A stretch of DNA of 64,000 nucleotides from Chrysomallon squamiferum (GCA_012295275.1 CM022678.1:4216001-4280000); one strand, 5' to 3'; positions 1 through 13,410 are shown, counted from the stretch's first letter. The notes: generated by a model from the letters alone, not told the origin. Translations and numbers: made by a program.

Positions 1-1695
1 GAAATTCTACAGGCCGACCTCGATGGCTCTGACACTTGTGAAGATCATAACATTACGCTTTATGATGGTAATTTTCCGTTCCTTTTCATATTTTTTCTGC
101 TGATTTTTGTTACGTCACTGCTGATATTACAGTTATAGACCCAGCTAACACGAGGAATCATACTGACCAAACTGCATTATGTAAAAACGTTAACAATTTG
201 CTGCTGTTTATAAGGAGGTTCCTGTAAACCACTGATTCCTGCTAATGAGTAATTCATAGAGTATCTGCGGCATGATGTACTCTGTCAATATTTAAAATCA
301 TTATAAATAAAATATATTAAAGCAATTTTATTCTTTCGTTATGGTAAGAAATATAAAACATAAAGTAGTAATTCAGTCAAGAATTTTTAATTAGACAATT
401 TTGTAACTAGTCTGACAGAGGGACACAATTTCTAAAGGATTTTTAAAAAAAAATAAAAATGTTTTCAAGCACGTAGACATCTGATTTAGTATTCATTACT
501 GAAACATTCAAAATGTCTTAAATTAATAAAACGGCTGTAGGGTGATTTGATACTTCCAATATGATTTTTTTCTTTCTCAAAAATATATGCAAAACGTTTA
601 GTTTTCAGTTGTAAGTTTCATTTCTTGTAATATATAGCAATAGCTAATAGTGTTAAAAAAATGTCTACCTTAGTTTTCAAACATTGTGTCTGGATGATAC
701 CGAAATACGGAATTTTTATTTCTATTATAGTTAACTTTAAAAGTTTTAAGTAGACTTTGTAGAAAGTAAATAATGCATCAATTAAAAACTCTAAAACATT
801 TGACTTTTTTTAAGAGTAATGGCTATAATCACTGGTGACAAGTATGAAATGATGAATGTACAAATATAAATGGATCAGCTTTGCCTGTGATATATAATCT
901 CACGTGACGATTTTTCTTGACAACAGGTAACGTAGTAAATTCTAAGAAACTCGGAGGTTTCTGCAGAACACAGACAGGATCGTACTCCAGTTCCGGTTCA
1001 GTTATTTTCATGGGCATGTTCCTTTCTTCTGAATACAAAGCTAAAAGTTTCCATATGCGATACAGAGCAGTGTCACACAGTAAGTTAGTTAGTAGTACAA
1101 TGCTATACGCAGATATACATACGAACGTAAGTATACATATCTATATATACACACACACATCGCCACACATACACGTGCATACATACAATCATTAATATCT
1201 ATATGTCTATCTTTATAAATCTATATCTTTCTCTGTCTATATGTATATATGTGTATGTGTGTGTGTGTTAAAATATATTTATATACTAATATATATACTA
1301 ATACAAATACAACAGCAATAACAAAAACAAAATAACAATAATAACAATAATAAAGCAAACAACAACAACTACGTCACTACTACTACCACTATTATAAAAA
1401 CAACAACAACAATGTCAATGATTTCAATTGAAAATGTTCTTGATTTTGTCTTTATTTTTGCTATGGTTTAAAGCCTCATAAATTATTTTGTTTAGTCTAC
1501 TTTGATAATACGTGTAGTGAACACAGTAATACAGATTAATTACAAACTCAGTAGCATTTTTATCCCTACAGCTTCCGAACTTGACATTGGCATGATAGTT
1601 GGTACAGTGGTTGGCATTGTGATCTTCATCGTGGTAATACTGATCTGTGTACTCTATCGTCACACTCTCAAAGATCTTTGCTGTGACTCGAGGTA

Positions 1696-1760
<65 letters not shown>

Positions 1761-2245
1761 TAATAATAATAATAATAACAATAACAATAACAATAATAAT
1801 GATAAATAAATAAAGGAAAGGAATGTAAATATGTTAGATTCGAAACGATAGGAATATTAAAGTTTCGTTTCATCCCTCATTTTCATTGGGATGGCAGTGT
1901 TGTACACTTTTTTCTCTCTCTCTCGTTTTGAGACCAATGAGCATCCATCCAGGTCACAGTTACATTCGAGTGAACAGTCTTGAAGAACACATTTTAAGCT
2001 GCGGAGTCTGTTTTGAAAAATACCAAAGTAATCGGAGCAGTTCACGGTATCCACGGTTACTGAACTGTCAACACACATTTTGTGCTGGTTGTTTACGTCG
2101 CTCTTTATCATATTCCACAATCGTCTGTCCAGTTTGCCGTCAAGTTACGTCTGTAGTTCAGGTAGACACGTTAAAGGAAAACAGAACCGCCCTTGACCTT
2201 TTGCACCAGATTCAAACCGGAAGAATAATTCTCCCAAATCATTAA
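1..2245 (+). CDS. Gene A (5' part outside window): CUB-TM-RING-HC receptor-like E3 ligase, last four exons
   Basis: Exons 1-67 (EILQADLDGSDTCEDHNITLYDG), 927-1079 (GNVVNSKKLGGFC...YRAVSH), 1572-1692 (TM: DIGMIVGTVVGIVIFIVVILICVLY) and 1933-2245 (RING CGVC-x18-CQHTFCAGC-x11-CPVC, stop TAA). All introns are GT-AG and phases 1,1,2 join in frame. Confidence 0.9.
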
Positions 2246-2270
2246 CGAGAATTTGTTTTGAGCAGAATCA

Positions 2271-2336
<66 letters not shown>

Positions 2337-2519
2337 TTTTATTTTATTTTATTTTTTTTACTTCATTTCTATTATTGTTTCTTTACTATTTATTACCTCT
2401 TGGTTTTATTTATTTATTTAGTTAGTTATTTAGTTACATTCCTCTTCTTCTTCTTCCTTTTCTTCTTCTTCTTCTTCTTGTTCTTCTTCTTTTTATTATT
2501 ATTATTATTATTATTACCA

Positions 2520-2572
<53 letters not shown>

Positions 2573-2667
2573 TATTAATTTTTCTTTCTTTCATTTTTCT
2601 TTACTTCTTTTTTTTTTGTTTCTTTGTTTCTTTATTTTTCCTTTATTTATTTATTTAATTATTATTA

Positions 2668-2722
<55 letters not shown>

Positions 2723-3080
2723 CTATTTCACTATAAACAAATATTAATATTTAAATTTAATTTTGGATGCTTATTGCCACGTTTGCTGTGCAGTTAAATG
2801 TTTACTAAATAAAATGTATGTGACAGTTAGATGATTTTTGTAACTGTTTCTTCTTTTTAAAATGTATTATTACCATATAGTTATGCTGTGTTCGTGTATT
2901 TTAACATATTAGTAAATAAGATATATGTTTTTAGTTTTATATTTATTACTTCTTGGTTTTCTTTCTTTATTTATTTAGTTATTTACATTCTTTTTCTTCT
3001 TCTTCTTCTTCTTCTTCTGCTTATTATTATTATTATTATAATTATTATTATTTAGTTATTTAGTTATTTATTATCTATTA

Positions 3081-3121
<41 letters not shown>

Positions 3122-3769
3122 CTATTTCACTATAAACAACTATTAATATTTAGATTTAACTTTCGACGCGTTTTGTCATATTTGTTGTGCAGTTAAATGT
3201 TTACCCTATTGATTTTATAACTGTTTGTTGTATATAAATGTAAATTAGTATTTGGTTATGCTGTGTTTGTGTATTTCAACATATTCGTAAATGAGAGATG
3301 TGTATATTTCTTTTCTTTCTTTATTCTTCTTTTCTTCTTCTTTTGTTGTTGTTTTTTATAATTACAATAATATTGTGCACATTGTGTATATTATTTTATT
3401 CGTTTCATTAAATAATGATGTATCTTCGAGTGTCTTCAATTCATTTATATAAATATATATTAAAAAACAATATATATATAATTTCAAAAATAATCTCCTG
3501 TGCTTCTAATATAAATTTCTTTACCACAAACAATTACGTAATTAAAATGGTTTTATATCGTCTAATAGGCCTCTGGGTCTAAATATAATAATAATAAGAA
3601 GAAGAAGAAGAAAAAGAAGAAGAATTAAAACGTTTATTATGCTCGGTTATTTGAGCAATCTTTCTTAAGACCGTCTTCATGGTCTTCAAGTGTCATCAAA
3701 AGCATCTATCGGGGTTTCTGAGCTCGAGATTGGAATACTGTCTATGGGCAGAGTCTTTTCTAGTGAACA

Positions 3770-4100
3770 TAAGACAGAGAATATTCAAATCCTGAAATGC
3801 ATTCACACATTAAAGTTCTTTATGGGTCAGTGATCGAATACGAGGAAGCGGACCGATATTAAAGTTACCCCGCTCGCTTAGATTAGTCTATCGTTTTGAA
3901 ATAACACTTTGTATGACAAAAGTTCATAGGTCACTGGTTTCGTCTCATTTGTCACACGGTCTAGAAGAACAGGTTTCCTGTTACCTGATTACAATAAGTG
4001 TTTACCTCCTCAGCAATTTAAAACTGTATTAGTGTGTCAATGAGAATTTCAAACAGCCAAGCAGTCAGCACGTCATGGTCCGTTAATCAGTAAATTACAG
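3770..4100 (+). repeat. Dispersed ~330 bp intergenic element upstream of the family promoters
   Basis: Core ...GACAGAGAATATTCAAATCCT...TTTGTCACACGGTCTAGAAG...GATTACAATA recurs at ~12400-12720 (-), 22685-22950 (+), 45940-46270 (-) and partially 51060-51290 (-). Confidence 0.75.
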
Positions 4101-4645
4101 TCTGCGACTATCTGTAAATATTAGTACATTAATCAGTAAATTACAATCTGCGACTATCTGTAAATATTAGTACATTAATCTGTAAATTTCAATAGTTTAC
4201 TAAGCAAATATTAGTACATTACTCACTAAATTTCAGTTTCTTACTAAGCAAATATTACTACATTGGTAAATTTCTGTATATTATTCATCAAATTTGAATT
4301 CCTATTTTTATATAAGTACATTTGTCATTAACTGTTACTACATTAGTCGGTAAATATTACTACATTAGTGAGTAAATATTAATGCATTAGTCGGTAAATA
4401 TCAGTACTTTAGTCAATACATATTATTACATTAGTCAGTAAATTCTAGTACATTAGTCAATAAATATAACATTAGTCAGTAAATACTAGTACTAATACTT
4501 ACTGACAAATGTTTCTGACTAATGAACAAATGTTAGTAAATATAAGAACAGTAGTCAGCAAATACAAGTATATTAGTCAGTACATTTCAGTGCATTAATA
4601 CTATATTTTAGTACATTGATCAGTAAATATAAATACGTTATTCAG
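4090..4645 (+). repeat. Degenerate 22-bp minisatellite (AGTAAATATTAGTACATTAGTC-like)
   Basis: Tandem imperfect units; related arrays at 11940-12400, 21870-22130, 23290-23470, 50700-51040 and 51530-51680. Confidence 0.8.
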
Positions 4646-4859
4646 TAAAAGGTATATTCCAGTCTATTTATTCTTACCTCTGTTATTTTCTAAGTAATTT
4701 ATTATTTGCTAAGTTTAATCAGTAAGTCAATCAATTTCAACTCTGTTGTCTCACAAATCTCTGACGAGTCAGTTATTCATGAGATTTGATTATTTTATTC
4801 TTCTTTTAATTTTTTATTTTCTCTCTGTTGAACTACCACATTGTTATTGCTCAACCAAT

Positions 4860-5035
4860 CACGTAAAATACGTAAATGATCTGTTTAACTGTGGAGGCGA
4901 ATATACTTCCTTGTATCAGATTTTGTTGTTATGTCTCCTTGGTACAGTGTGACGTCAGGTGAGAAAATTATACATTACTCTGTATAACAGACAGTTTGTA
5001 TCTGGATTTTATTTGTGTACTGGTCGCTAATAATT
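4860..5035 (+). promoter_or_regulatory. Family promoter module with full CRE palindrome TGACGTCA (4950-4957)
   Basis: Conserved block ending CCTTGGTACAGTGTGACGTCA, 86 nt upstream of the signal-exon ATG; the same block and spacing occur before genes C, D, F and H. Confidence 0.6.
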
Positions 5036-5552
5036 ATGGACTCACTGAGATTTGTTCTAATTTCAATTTTCATACCTTCAACAAAAACAGGTAAATGCAT
5101 TTATTTATATAATTATTTACTTAATCACGTTCTTATCTTGATCTCAATATATCTGTCTAAACACACTCACAAGTAAATACAAATATACACAAACACAACA
5201 CACGTACATATATACACACTGAAACACATACGCAGACACACATACACACACACACACACATATTCACACATGTAAATCTAAATATATATTACCCAATACT
5301 ATATATCAGCATTTTTAATTTAATTATTCTCCCAGAATTTATAAAACTAAATTAAAAATAATAGTTATAAAAACGCATAGTTATTATACACCAATGAATA
5401 ATAATAATAATTATAATAATAATAATAATAACAACAACAATAACAATAATCAGATATTTCTTTATCAACAAAAAGATTATTTAAAATGTTGTAAGCTTTT
5501 ATCATTTACTAATATTCTAATAATAAAAAACATATGAAAAGTCATTATGTCC

Positions 5553-5618
<66 letters not shown>

Positions 5619-5862
5619 TGACATTTCTGGGCAGCAAAAAGATTGTACAAAATGTTGTAAGCTTATACCTTTTTCTAATTTTGTTCCTCATCTCTTTGTT
5701 TTGCCAAGTCCTACTTGAATGCACATAAACAGTCCCTTTGTATAAAATCATTGAATATACACAATGTAGACTTCTGTTATATATATACACATATATGTTC
5801 TGTATATGTTTGTTGATCTGTACGAATAATATTTCAAGATTGTATGATATACACAGACACGC

Positions 5863-5910
<48 letters not shown>

Positions 5911-6583
5911 CTGTGTCTGTTTAAATGATTGTATATATATATGCATATATCTTGTATCCATATATATATATGTATATATATATACATATGCATGTATATG
6001 TAATTGTATATATGTATCTACTATGTACAGACAATATTTCTATTATTTTTCTATCTACTTCTGCAGACAACCATGTAGAGTTGTCGTTCCTGAGGGGTTA
6101 TTTTTTATGAACCAGACAGTATGGCTTCACTTCAGATGGCTATTAAACAATAAATACACGGGCTATATATCAAACACAAGGCAGAATGTGAACGAATATG
6201 TTACATTTAAATAGTCGATTCTGAGTAAACTACCATTTTCGATTTTAACCAGTTGCTATTTAATGAGCATAGGTAAAATGAGCTTGATTTTCCAGGTAAA
6301 GCCTTGAAATGATTAAAAAAAATTTAGAAAAAAATAATTATTTATGTTTTTGGTACCGTTTAAAGCTACAGGTAATTACTAATAATTACTAAGCTTCAGA
6401 TAAAACGGTGCAGAAAACATAAACATATTTTGTAGTGCACAGATTATATTTAATATTAACATTATAATTATAAGCAAAAATTATCAGAACGTGCCAGTGA
6501 TAATTTGAAAATGAGACACACACACACTTACACGCACAGAGATCTGCACATACACACATGCATACATACATACATGGAGCTGT

Positions 6584-6678
<95 letters not shown>

Positions 6679-7129
6679 GCAAGTGCAAGCATGGTTTATA
6701 CGAAGCAGTGTTTTTAGCTATATATCTGATGCGCATGTGTACAGGGAAAATTGAATAATAATTTATGCAAAACCCAATCTTACTAAAGCTTTGACATGCG
6801 CGATATTTTGATTTGTCTGTTTCTTCGTTTGTTTGTTTTTTGTTGTTGTTTCTGTTGTTGTTGTTGTTGTTGTTGCTGCTGTTGTTGTTAGATGACATTA
6901 TTAGAGCATGCTTCTTTTTCAAATAAGAAATTACTTTGTTTAATTCCAGTTGTTGGAACTCAGTCACCGATACGACTAGTGGATGGTACAACCAGGTACG
7001 AGGGCAGAGTTGAAATCTTCCACAATGGTATTTGGGGTTCTATTTGTGATGACGGATTCGGGACGCAGGACGCTCGGGTTGTATGTCGGAGCTTGGGCTT
7101 TTCTACGTATGTGTATTTCTTTTTTAAAC

Positions 7130-7166
<37 letters not shown>

Positions 7167-7570
7167 TACAGGACAAAGATATTTCTTGGTCCACAAAAGA
7201 ATTGTTTAAAATGTAGTAAGTTTATATCGTTTTCTAATATTCCTCTTTATCTTTTTTATCTTAACAAGAAATACTTGTTTAATGATAACTGTTACTATCT
7301 TCTTGTTTTAAAAAAAAATATATTAAACTATCACTGTCTTTGTTTTCTCGAAATAACAGTTCCTGTAGAGTATTTGAAACAGAAAACTATAATTATTTAT
7401 TTTAATTTTCTCAATTATTATTTTGTTTTCTTTCATGTAAAGAAATGATCTTGTCATTCTTTTTTTTCAATAACAAATATTATCTTTCTTGTTTCTGGCA
7501 ACTATCATTAACACTTGTTATATTTTGATTTTACAGAAATAACAATTGTTTCTTTTCATTATTATATTTA

Positions 7571-7647
<77 letters not shown>

Positions 7648-7976
7648 GTAATAATAATAATCCTAGTAATAGTAATAGTAGTGGAGTCGTAGTACTAGTT
7701 GTAATAGTAGTAGCAGTTTATGTTTAAATGCAAATCGCACTGCAGTTCAGTACTTATCTAACTAGATCCATTCTGACATAACCGACTTTTATTTTATGTG
7801 TTTAAGTACAAACGCGACAGCCTATTCCGGTGCACAATTTGGATCAAGTACGGGACCCATTTGGCTGGATGACGTCAACTGTCAGGGCAATGAAGAATAC
7901 CTTGACCAGTGTTCCTTGCCACGCTGGGGTATTCATAACTGTGGTCATAACGAGGATGTCGGCGTTAAGTGTGACG
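5036..7976 (+). CDS. Gene B (3' end lost at gap): signal peptide plus SRCR domain protein
   Basis: Exons 5036-5090 ([18 protein letters not shown]), 6950-7106 ([28 protein letters not shown]...VVCRSLG) and 7807-7976 ([15 protein letters not shown]...QC...[13 protein letters not shown]). GT-AG introns, phases 1 and 2 in frame; six-Cys group A SRCR pattern. Confidence 0.88.
6587..6676. repeat. (GT)n microsatellite
   Basis: Perfect dinucleotide run; one of many (AAT)n, (AG)n, (AT)n and (ATAC)n tracts in the window. Confidence 0.95.
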
Positions 7977-8352
7977 GTAACAGTATGTAATTATTTTCTT
8001 TATAAACGCATACTGATCCATAGAGATAGATAGGCATATAGATCAGTAGAAACAGATATATAGATCGAAAGAGAGAGGTAGACATATGTCGACAGAGACG
8101 GATATACGTATAGACTGACATATATAGACACCTAGATCGACAGAGATGTTAGGCATATAGATCGATGGAGATAGATAGACAGATAGGCTTACAGATAGAT
8201 GGATAGTGACAGAGAGAATACCAGGTTGTTTTCGATGTTTCTCTACAAATAATACTTTAATTTTATTCGTTTATTGTTTGTATGTTTTCTATATATATAT
8301 ATAGATATAGATAGATTTATTTATTTGTTTATTTATTGTTTTGTTTATTTAT

Positions 8353-8552
8353 NNNNNNNNNNNNNNNNNNNNNNNNNNNNNNNNNNNNNNNNNNNNNNNN
8401 NNNNNNNNNNNNNNNNNNNNNNNNNNNNNNNNNNNNNNNNNNNNNNNNNNNNNNNNNNNNNNNNNNNNNNNNNNNNNNNNNNNNNNNNNNNNNNNNNNNN
8501 NNNNNNNNNNNNNNNNNNNNNNNNNNNNNNNNNNNNNNNNNNNNNNNNNNNN
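8353..8552. other. Assembly gap (200 N)
   Basis: Run of N; gene orientation flips across it. Confidence 0.99.
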
Positions 8553-8605
8553 GAGTTATCTCCATAGTATCTTCCATCTAGTTATTTTGTTTTGTCTTTT
8601 TTACA

Positions 8606-8644
<39 letters not shown>

Positions 8645-8875
8645 TTTTATTGTTACAGTGTTTTGTAATAATAATAATAATAATAAAAATGATGTATTGA
8701 CATAAATATACATTTTGTTTTTAATAAAATAATTATACATAAATGTTCTGTCTAAAGAGATGGATATTTCGGCATGGTTACCTGGTAAGATATCAGTTTA
8801 TTTGTTCTGACATCCTGTATTGGTATATATATATAGAGAGAGAGAGAAAAAATAAATAAAAAGAAAAAATAAAAA

Positions 8876-8974
<99 letters not shown>

Positions 8975-8977
8975 GTG

Positions 8978-9150
8978 TTATTTTTCACAAATCTCGGGCA
9001 GATATTTCCTTTTCAGGAACCAGTTCTGTTCATTACTCATTGGTTTTCCTCTGTATGTAAGTGGACAAATAAGATAAAATATGGAACAGTTGAAAACGAA
9101 AAAATATTAAATCACAGATTACTGTTCAGCAATATCCATCAGGTATCAAA
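8978..9150 (-). pseudogene. Orphan 3' end of an SRCR-TM gene (TM exon tail plus terminal cytoplasmic exon)
   Basis: Terminal exon 9050-8978 reads GKPMSNEQNWFLKRKYLPEICEK*; homologous to the gene F 3' end at 40261-40430. Confidence 0.7.
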
Positions 9151-9741
9151 CAGTTCGATTTTCTAGTAAATCGATTGTAATTAGAAAACAATAACAACGA
9201 CAACGACAAAAGAAGAGAAGAAAAGAAAAATAAAGAAAACAAATATACACATCTATTATTTACAAATATGTTAAAATACATGAACACAGCATAACTAAAA
9301 TTTTATTTAGTAACCTCAAACAGCAGAATAAACATGTTAAAATAATTCCAGAATTAAATCTAAATATTTATATTTGTTTATAACGACAGAGATGATGCTG
9401 ATGATTATAATAATAATATAAATAATGAAAACATAAATAAATGAATAAAGTAAAATGCAAATAAATAAATATATAATAAACAAGTAAGAAAATAAGTCAG
9501 TAAAGAAAGAAAGAAAGAAATAAAGAAAAAGAAATAAAGAAAATAATAAACCAATAAAAGTAAAAAGTAAAAACCAATAAGTAAGTCAGTAAATAAGTCA
9601 GTAAGTAAATGAATAAATGAATGAATGAATAAATAAATAAATAAATAAAACATTTTAGTTTTCATTTCCTAACATTATTTTCAAAATCATTCTTCTCAGA
9701 TCGGATGCGCATTTATCCCTGCTTTATAGCACAGTCTTTGG

Positions 9742-10287
9742 TTAATGATTTCTTGGAATTCTTCTTCTATTTATATCCTCCAAAAGCTCAAGGACGGTTT
9801 TGTTTTTCTTTAACATGTCTACCTGAGCTACAGACGTAACTTGTCGGCAAACTGGACAGACGATTTTAGAACCTGATAAACAGCGACGTAAACAACCAAC
9901 ACAAAATGTGTGTTGACAGTTCAGTAACCGTGGATACCGTGAGCTGCTCTGATTACTCTGGTATTTTTCAAAGCAGTCTCTGCAGCTTAAAATGTCATCT
10001 TCTAAAGTCTGCACTGGAATGTAACCACGAACTGGATGGACTCTGATGGTCTGAAGAGAGACAGAGAAAAAGTGTGCAAAATTGTCCTATCAATGGTGGT
10101 CATATTAATATATAAAGAGGGATGAAAAATAGCTTATCTTATCGTTTCGAATTTAATAGTTTTATTTTCATTTTATTTATTAATTCTATTTATGAATATA
10201 TATATTTTAAATTTATTTTTTTATTTATTTATTATTATTATTATGATTATGATTATGATTATGATTATTATTATTATTATTAATTAC

Positions 10288-10332
<45 letters not shown>

Positions 10333-10370
10333 TATTATTATTATCATTATTTTTTTGTTGGTATTATTAC

Positions 10371-10416
<46 letters not shown>

Positions 10417-11272
10417 TACGTCTTTGGTGCAGTAGAACAACACAACCTACAAATCGCTTCTTTCAAACGGCGACGACCTCGTATAATGACCACTACAACG
10501 TCGATGAAGATGAAAATGCCAAACACTGTGCCAAGTATCATCCCAGTCTTATTTTCAGGAGCTGCAGGGATACAAATGTCACTGAGTTTGTAATGAATCT
10601 GTATTACTGTGTTCACTGCACGTGTACATTAGACAAATCAATTTAAGAGGCTTTCAACCGTAGTAAAAGTTAAGACAAAAATCATCAGTGTTAGTATTAC
10701 TATTTTAATTATTATAATTTCATTAGTTTTCTAAATTTAAATATATTTTTAGCACATATATAGATAGATACATAAACATTCAGACAGACAGACAGACACT
10801 AAGACAGATAGATAGATAGATAGATAGATAGATATAGATAGGCTGTTAGGTAAACGTATTTCTACGAATACATGTAGGTATATTTGTATGTATGTATCCA
10901 TGTATGTGTCTCTGTGTAGTATATACGTACGTACGTTCGTGTGTAAATCTGCTTATAGCACTGTACTTCTAACTAACTTATCGACTGCTGTGTATCGTGA
11001 CTGCTTTTAGCTTTGTAGCTAGAAGAAATTGAAAAGCCCATGAAAATAACTGAACCGGAACTGTTAGATTCAGACGTGTACACAGACTGTTACCCTGGGT
11101 AAGCACTACGACAACTACTACAACTGTTTTATTATCATTAGAATATTAGTAAATGCTATAAGCTTACAGAATTCTAAATAATCTTTTTCTTGATAAAGAA
11201 ATGTCTGATTATTATTATTGTTCGTGTTATTATTATTATTATTATTATTATTTTTATTTTTATTAATATTAA

Positions 11273-11344
<72 letters not shown>

Positions 11345-11683
11345 TTGTTGTATAATAACTATACCTTTTTATAATTATTATTTTTAATTTAGTTTTATAA
11401 ATTCTGGGAGAATAATCAAATTAAAAATGCTGATATATAGCACTGGGTAATATAAATTTAGATTTACATGTCCGAATATGTGTGTGTGTGTGTTTCAGTG
11501 TGTATATATATGTATGTGTGTTGTGTTTGTGTATGTGGGTATTTACGTGTGAGTGTGTGTAGACAGATATATTGAGATCAAGATAAGAACGTGATTCAGC
11601 AAATAAATATATAAATTAATCCATTTACCTGTTTTTGTTGAAGATATAAAAATTGAAATTAGAGCCAATGTCAGTGAGTCCAT
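9742..11683 (-). pseudogene. Gene C: internally deleted CUB-TM-RING paralog (signal exon, broken CUB3c remnant, TM exon, intact RING)
   Basis: Signal exon 11683-11629; CUB3c remnant ~11063-10983 with frameshift and donor GT>AT; TM exon 10561-10420; RING exon from 10050 (out of frame) or the next AG at 10042 (in frame) to stop at 9742. Confidence 0.75.
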
Positions 11684-11860
11684 AATTATTAGCGACCAGT
11701 ACACAAATAAATCCTGATACAAACTGTCTGTTGTAGACACTAATGTACAATGTTCTCACATGACGTCACACTGTACCAAGGAGACATAACAACGAAATCT
11801 GATACAAGGAAGGTTTTTGACTGCACAGTTAAACAGATCAGTTACGTATTTTACTTGACT
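11684..11860 (-). promoter_or_regulatory. Family promoter module with CRE (11761-11768)
   Basis: TGACGTCA within the conserved block, 85 nt upstream of the gene C ATG. Confidence 0.55.
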
Positions 11861-11939
11861 GGTTGAGCAATAACAATGTGTCAGTTCAACAGAGAGAAAA
11901 TAAAAAATTAAATGAAAAATAAAATAATCAAATCTCCTG

Positions 11940-12400
11940 ACTAATGTACTGATATTTACTCACTAATGTACTAATATTTACTCACTAATGTACTAATATT
12001 TACTCACTAATGTACTAATATTTACTCACTAATGTACTGATATTTACTCACTAATGTACTGATATTTACTCACTAATGTACTGATATTTACTGACTAACG
12101 TACTAACATTTACTGACTAATGAACTGATATTTACTGACTAATGTACTAACATTTACTCACTAATGTACTGATATTTATCGAGTAATGTAGTAACTGTTA
12201 ATGACAAATGTACTTGTATAAAAATAGGAATTTGCCGAATAATATACAGAAATTTACGGATTAATGTACTAATATTTACAGATAGTCGCAGATTGTAATT
12301 TACAGATTATTGTACTAATATTTACAGATAGTCGCAGATTGTAATTTACTGATTAATGTACTAATATTTACAGATAGTCGCAGATTGTAATTTACTGATT
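11940..12400. repeat. 22-bp minisatellite (CTAATGTACTGATATTTACTCA) with a 44-bp higher-order variant
   Basis: Near-perfect units at 11940-12190; 44-bp units containing CAGATAGTCGCAGATTGTAATTT at 12260-12400. Confidence 0.9.
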
Positions 12401-13369
12401 AACGGACCATGACGTGCTGACTGCTTTGCTGTTTCAAGTTCTCATAGACACACTAATACAGTTTCAAAACGTTGAGGAGATAATTACTTATTGTAATCAG
12501 GTAACACAATACCTATCCTTCTAGACCGTGTGACAAATCAGACAAAACCTGTGATCTATGACCTTTTGTCATACAAAGTGTTATTTCAAAACGAAAGGTT
12601 AATCTAAGCCAACGGGGTAACTTTAATATCGGTTTGCGTGTTCGTATTCAATCACTGACCCATAAAGAACTTTAATGTGTGAATGTATTTCAGGATTTGA
12701 ATATTCTCTGTCTTATGTTCACTAGAATAGACTCTGCACATAGAGAATATTCCAATCTCCAGATCAGAAACCCCGATAGATGCTTTTGATATCACTTGAA
12801 GACCATGAAGACGGTCTTAAGAAAGATTGCTCAAATAACCGAGCATAATAAACGTTTTAATTCTTCTTCTTTTTCTTCTTCTTCTTCTTCTTCTTATTAT
12901 TATTATATTTAGACCCAGAGGCCTATTAGACGATATAAAACCATTTTAATTACGTAATTGTTTGTGATAAAGAAATTTATATTAGAAGCACAGGAGATTA
13001 TTTTTGAAATTATATATATATTGTTTTTTAATATATATTTATATAAATGAATTGAAGACACTCGAAGATACATCATTATTTAATGAAACGAATAAAATAA
13101 TATACACAATGTGCACAATATTATTGTAATTATAAAAAACAACAACAAAAGAAGAAGAAAAGAAGAATAAAGAAAGAAAAGAAATATACACATCTCTCAT
13201 TTACGAATATGTTGAAATACACAAACACAGCATAACCAAATACTAATTTACATTTATATACAACAAACAATTATAAAATCAATAGGGTAAACATTTAACT
13301 GCACAACAAATATGACAAAACGCGTCGAAAGTTAAATCTAAATATTAATAGTTGTTTATAGTGAAATAG

Positions 13370-13410
<41 letters not shown>

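Larger units (their letters stand above)
780..5530 (+). repeat. Left arm of a ~4.5 kb inverted segmental duplication (partner ~11130-15545)
   Basis: CUB3c, TM and RING exons, 3' flank, intergenic element, minisatellite, promoter and signal exon recur in reverse complement. The RING ORFs 1886-2245 and 14219-14578 differ by one residue. Confidence 0.85.

Noticed and set aside
1886-1932. RING ORF as a stand-alone gene starting MGWQCC
   Set aside because: The start is a TTG in intronic sequence upstream of a polypyrimidine tract and AG; the exon joins the TM exon in frame.
1424-2120. Antisense ORFs over the TM and RING exons (also 14344-14998 and 31214-31420)
   Set aside because: They are shadow frames of real exons and recur only because the exons are duplicated.
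2400-2747. Poly-Leu/Ile/Tyr/Asn and CV/SL/YI-repeat ORFs throughout the ORF track
   Set aside because: They are translations of (AAT)n, (GT)n, (AG)n and (AT)n microsatellites, often with non-ATG starts.
4755-4795. Possible hammerhead ribozyme core (CTGACGAG)
   Set aside because: No stem II followed by GAAA, and the motif is not conserved in the paralogous copies.
8274-8700. ORFs spanning N runs (also 34128-34385)
   Set aside because: Artefacts of the assembly gaps.
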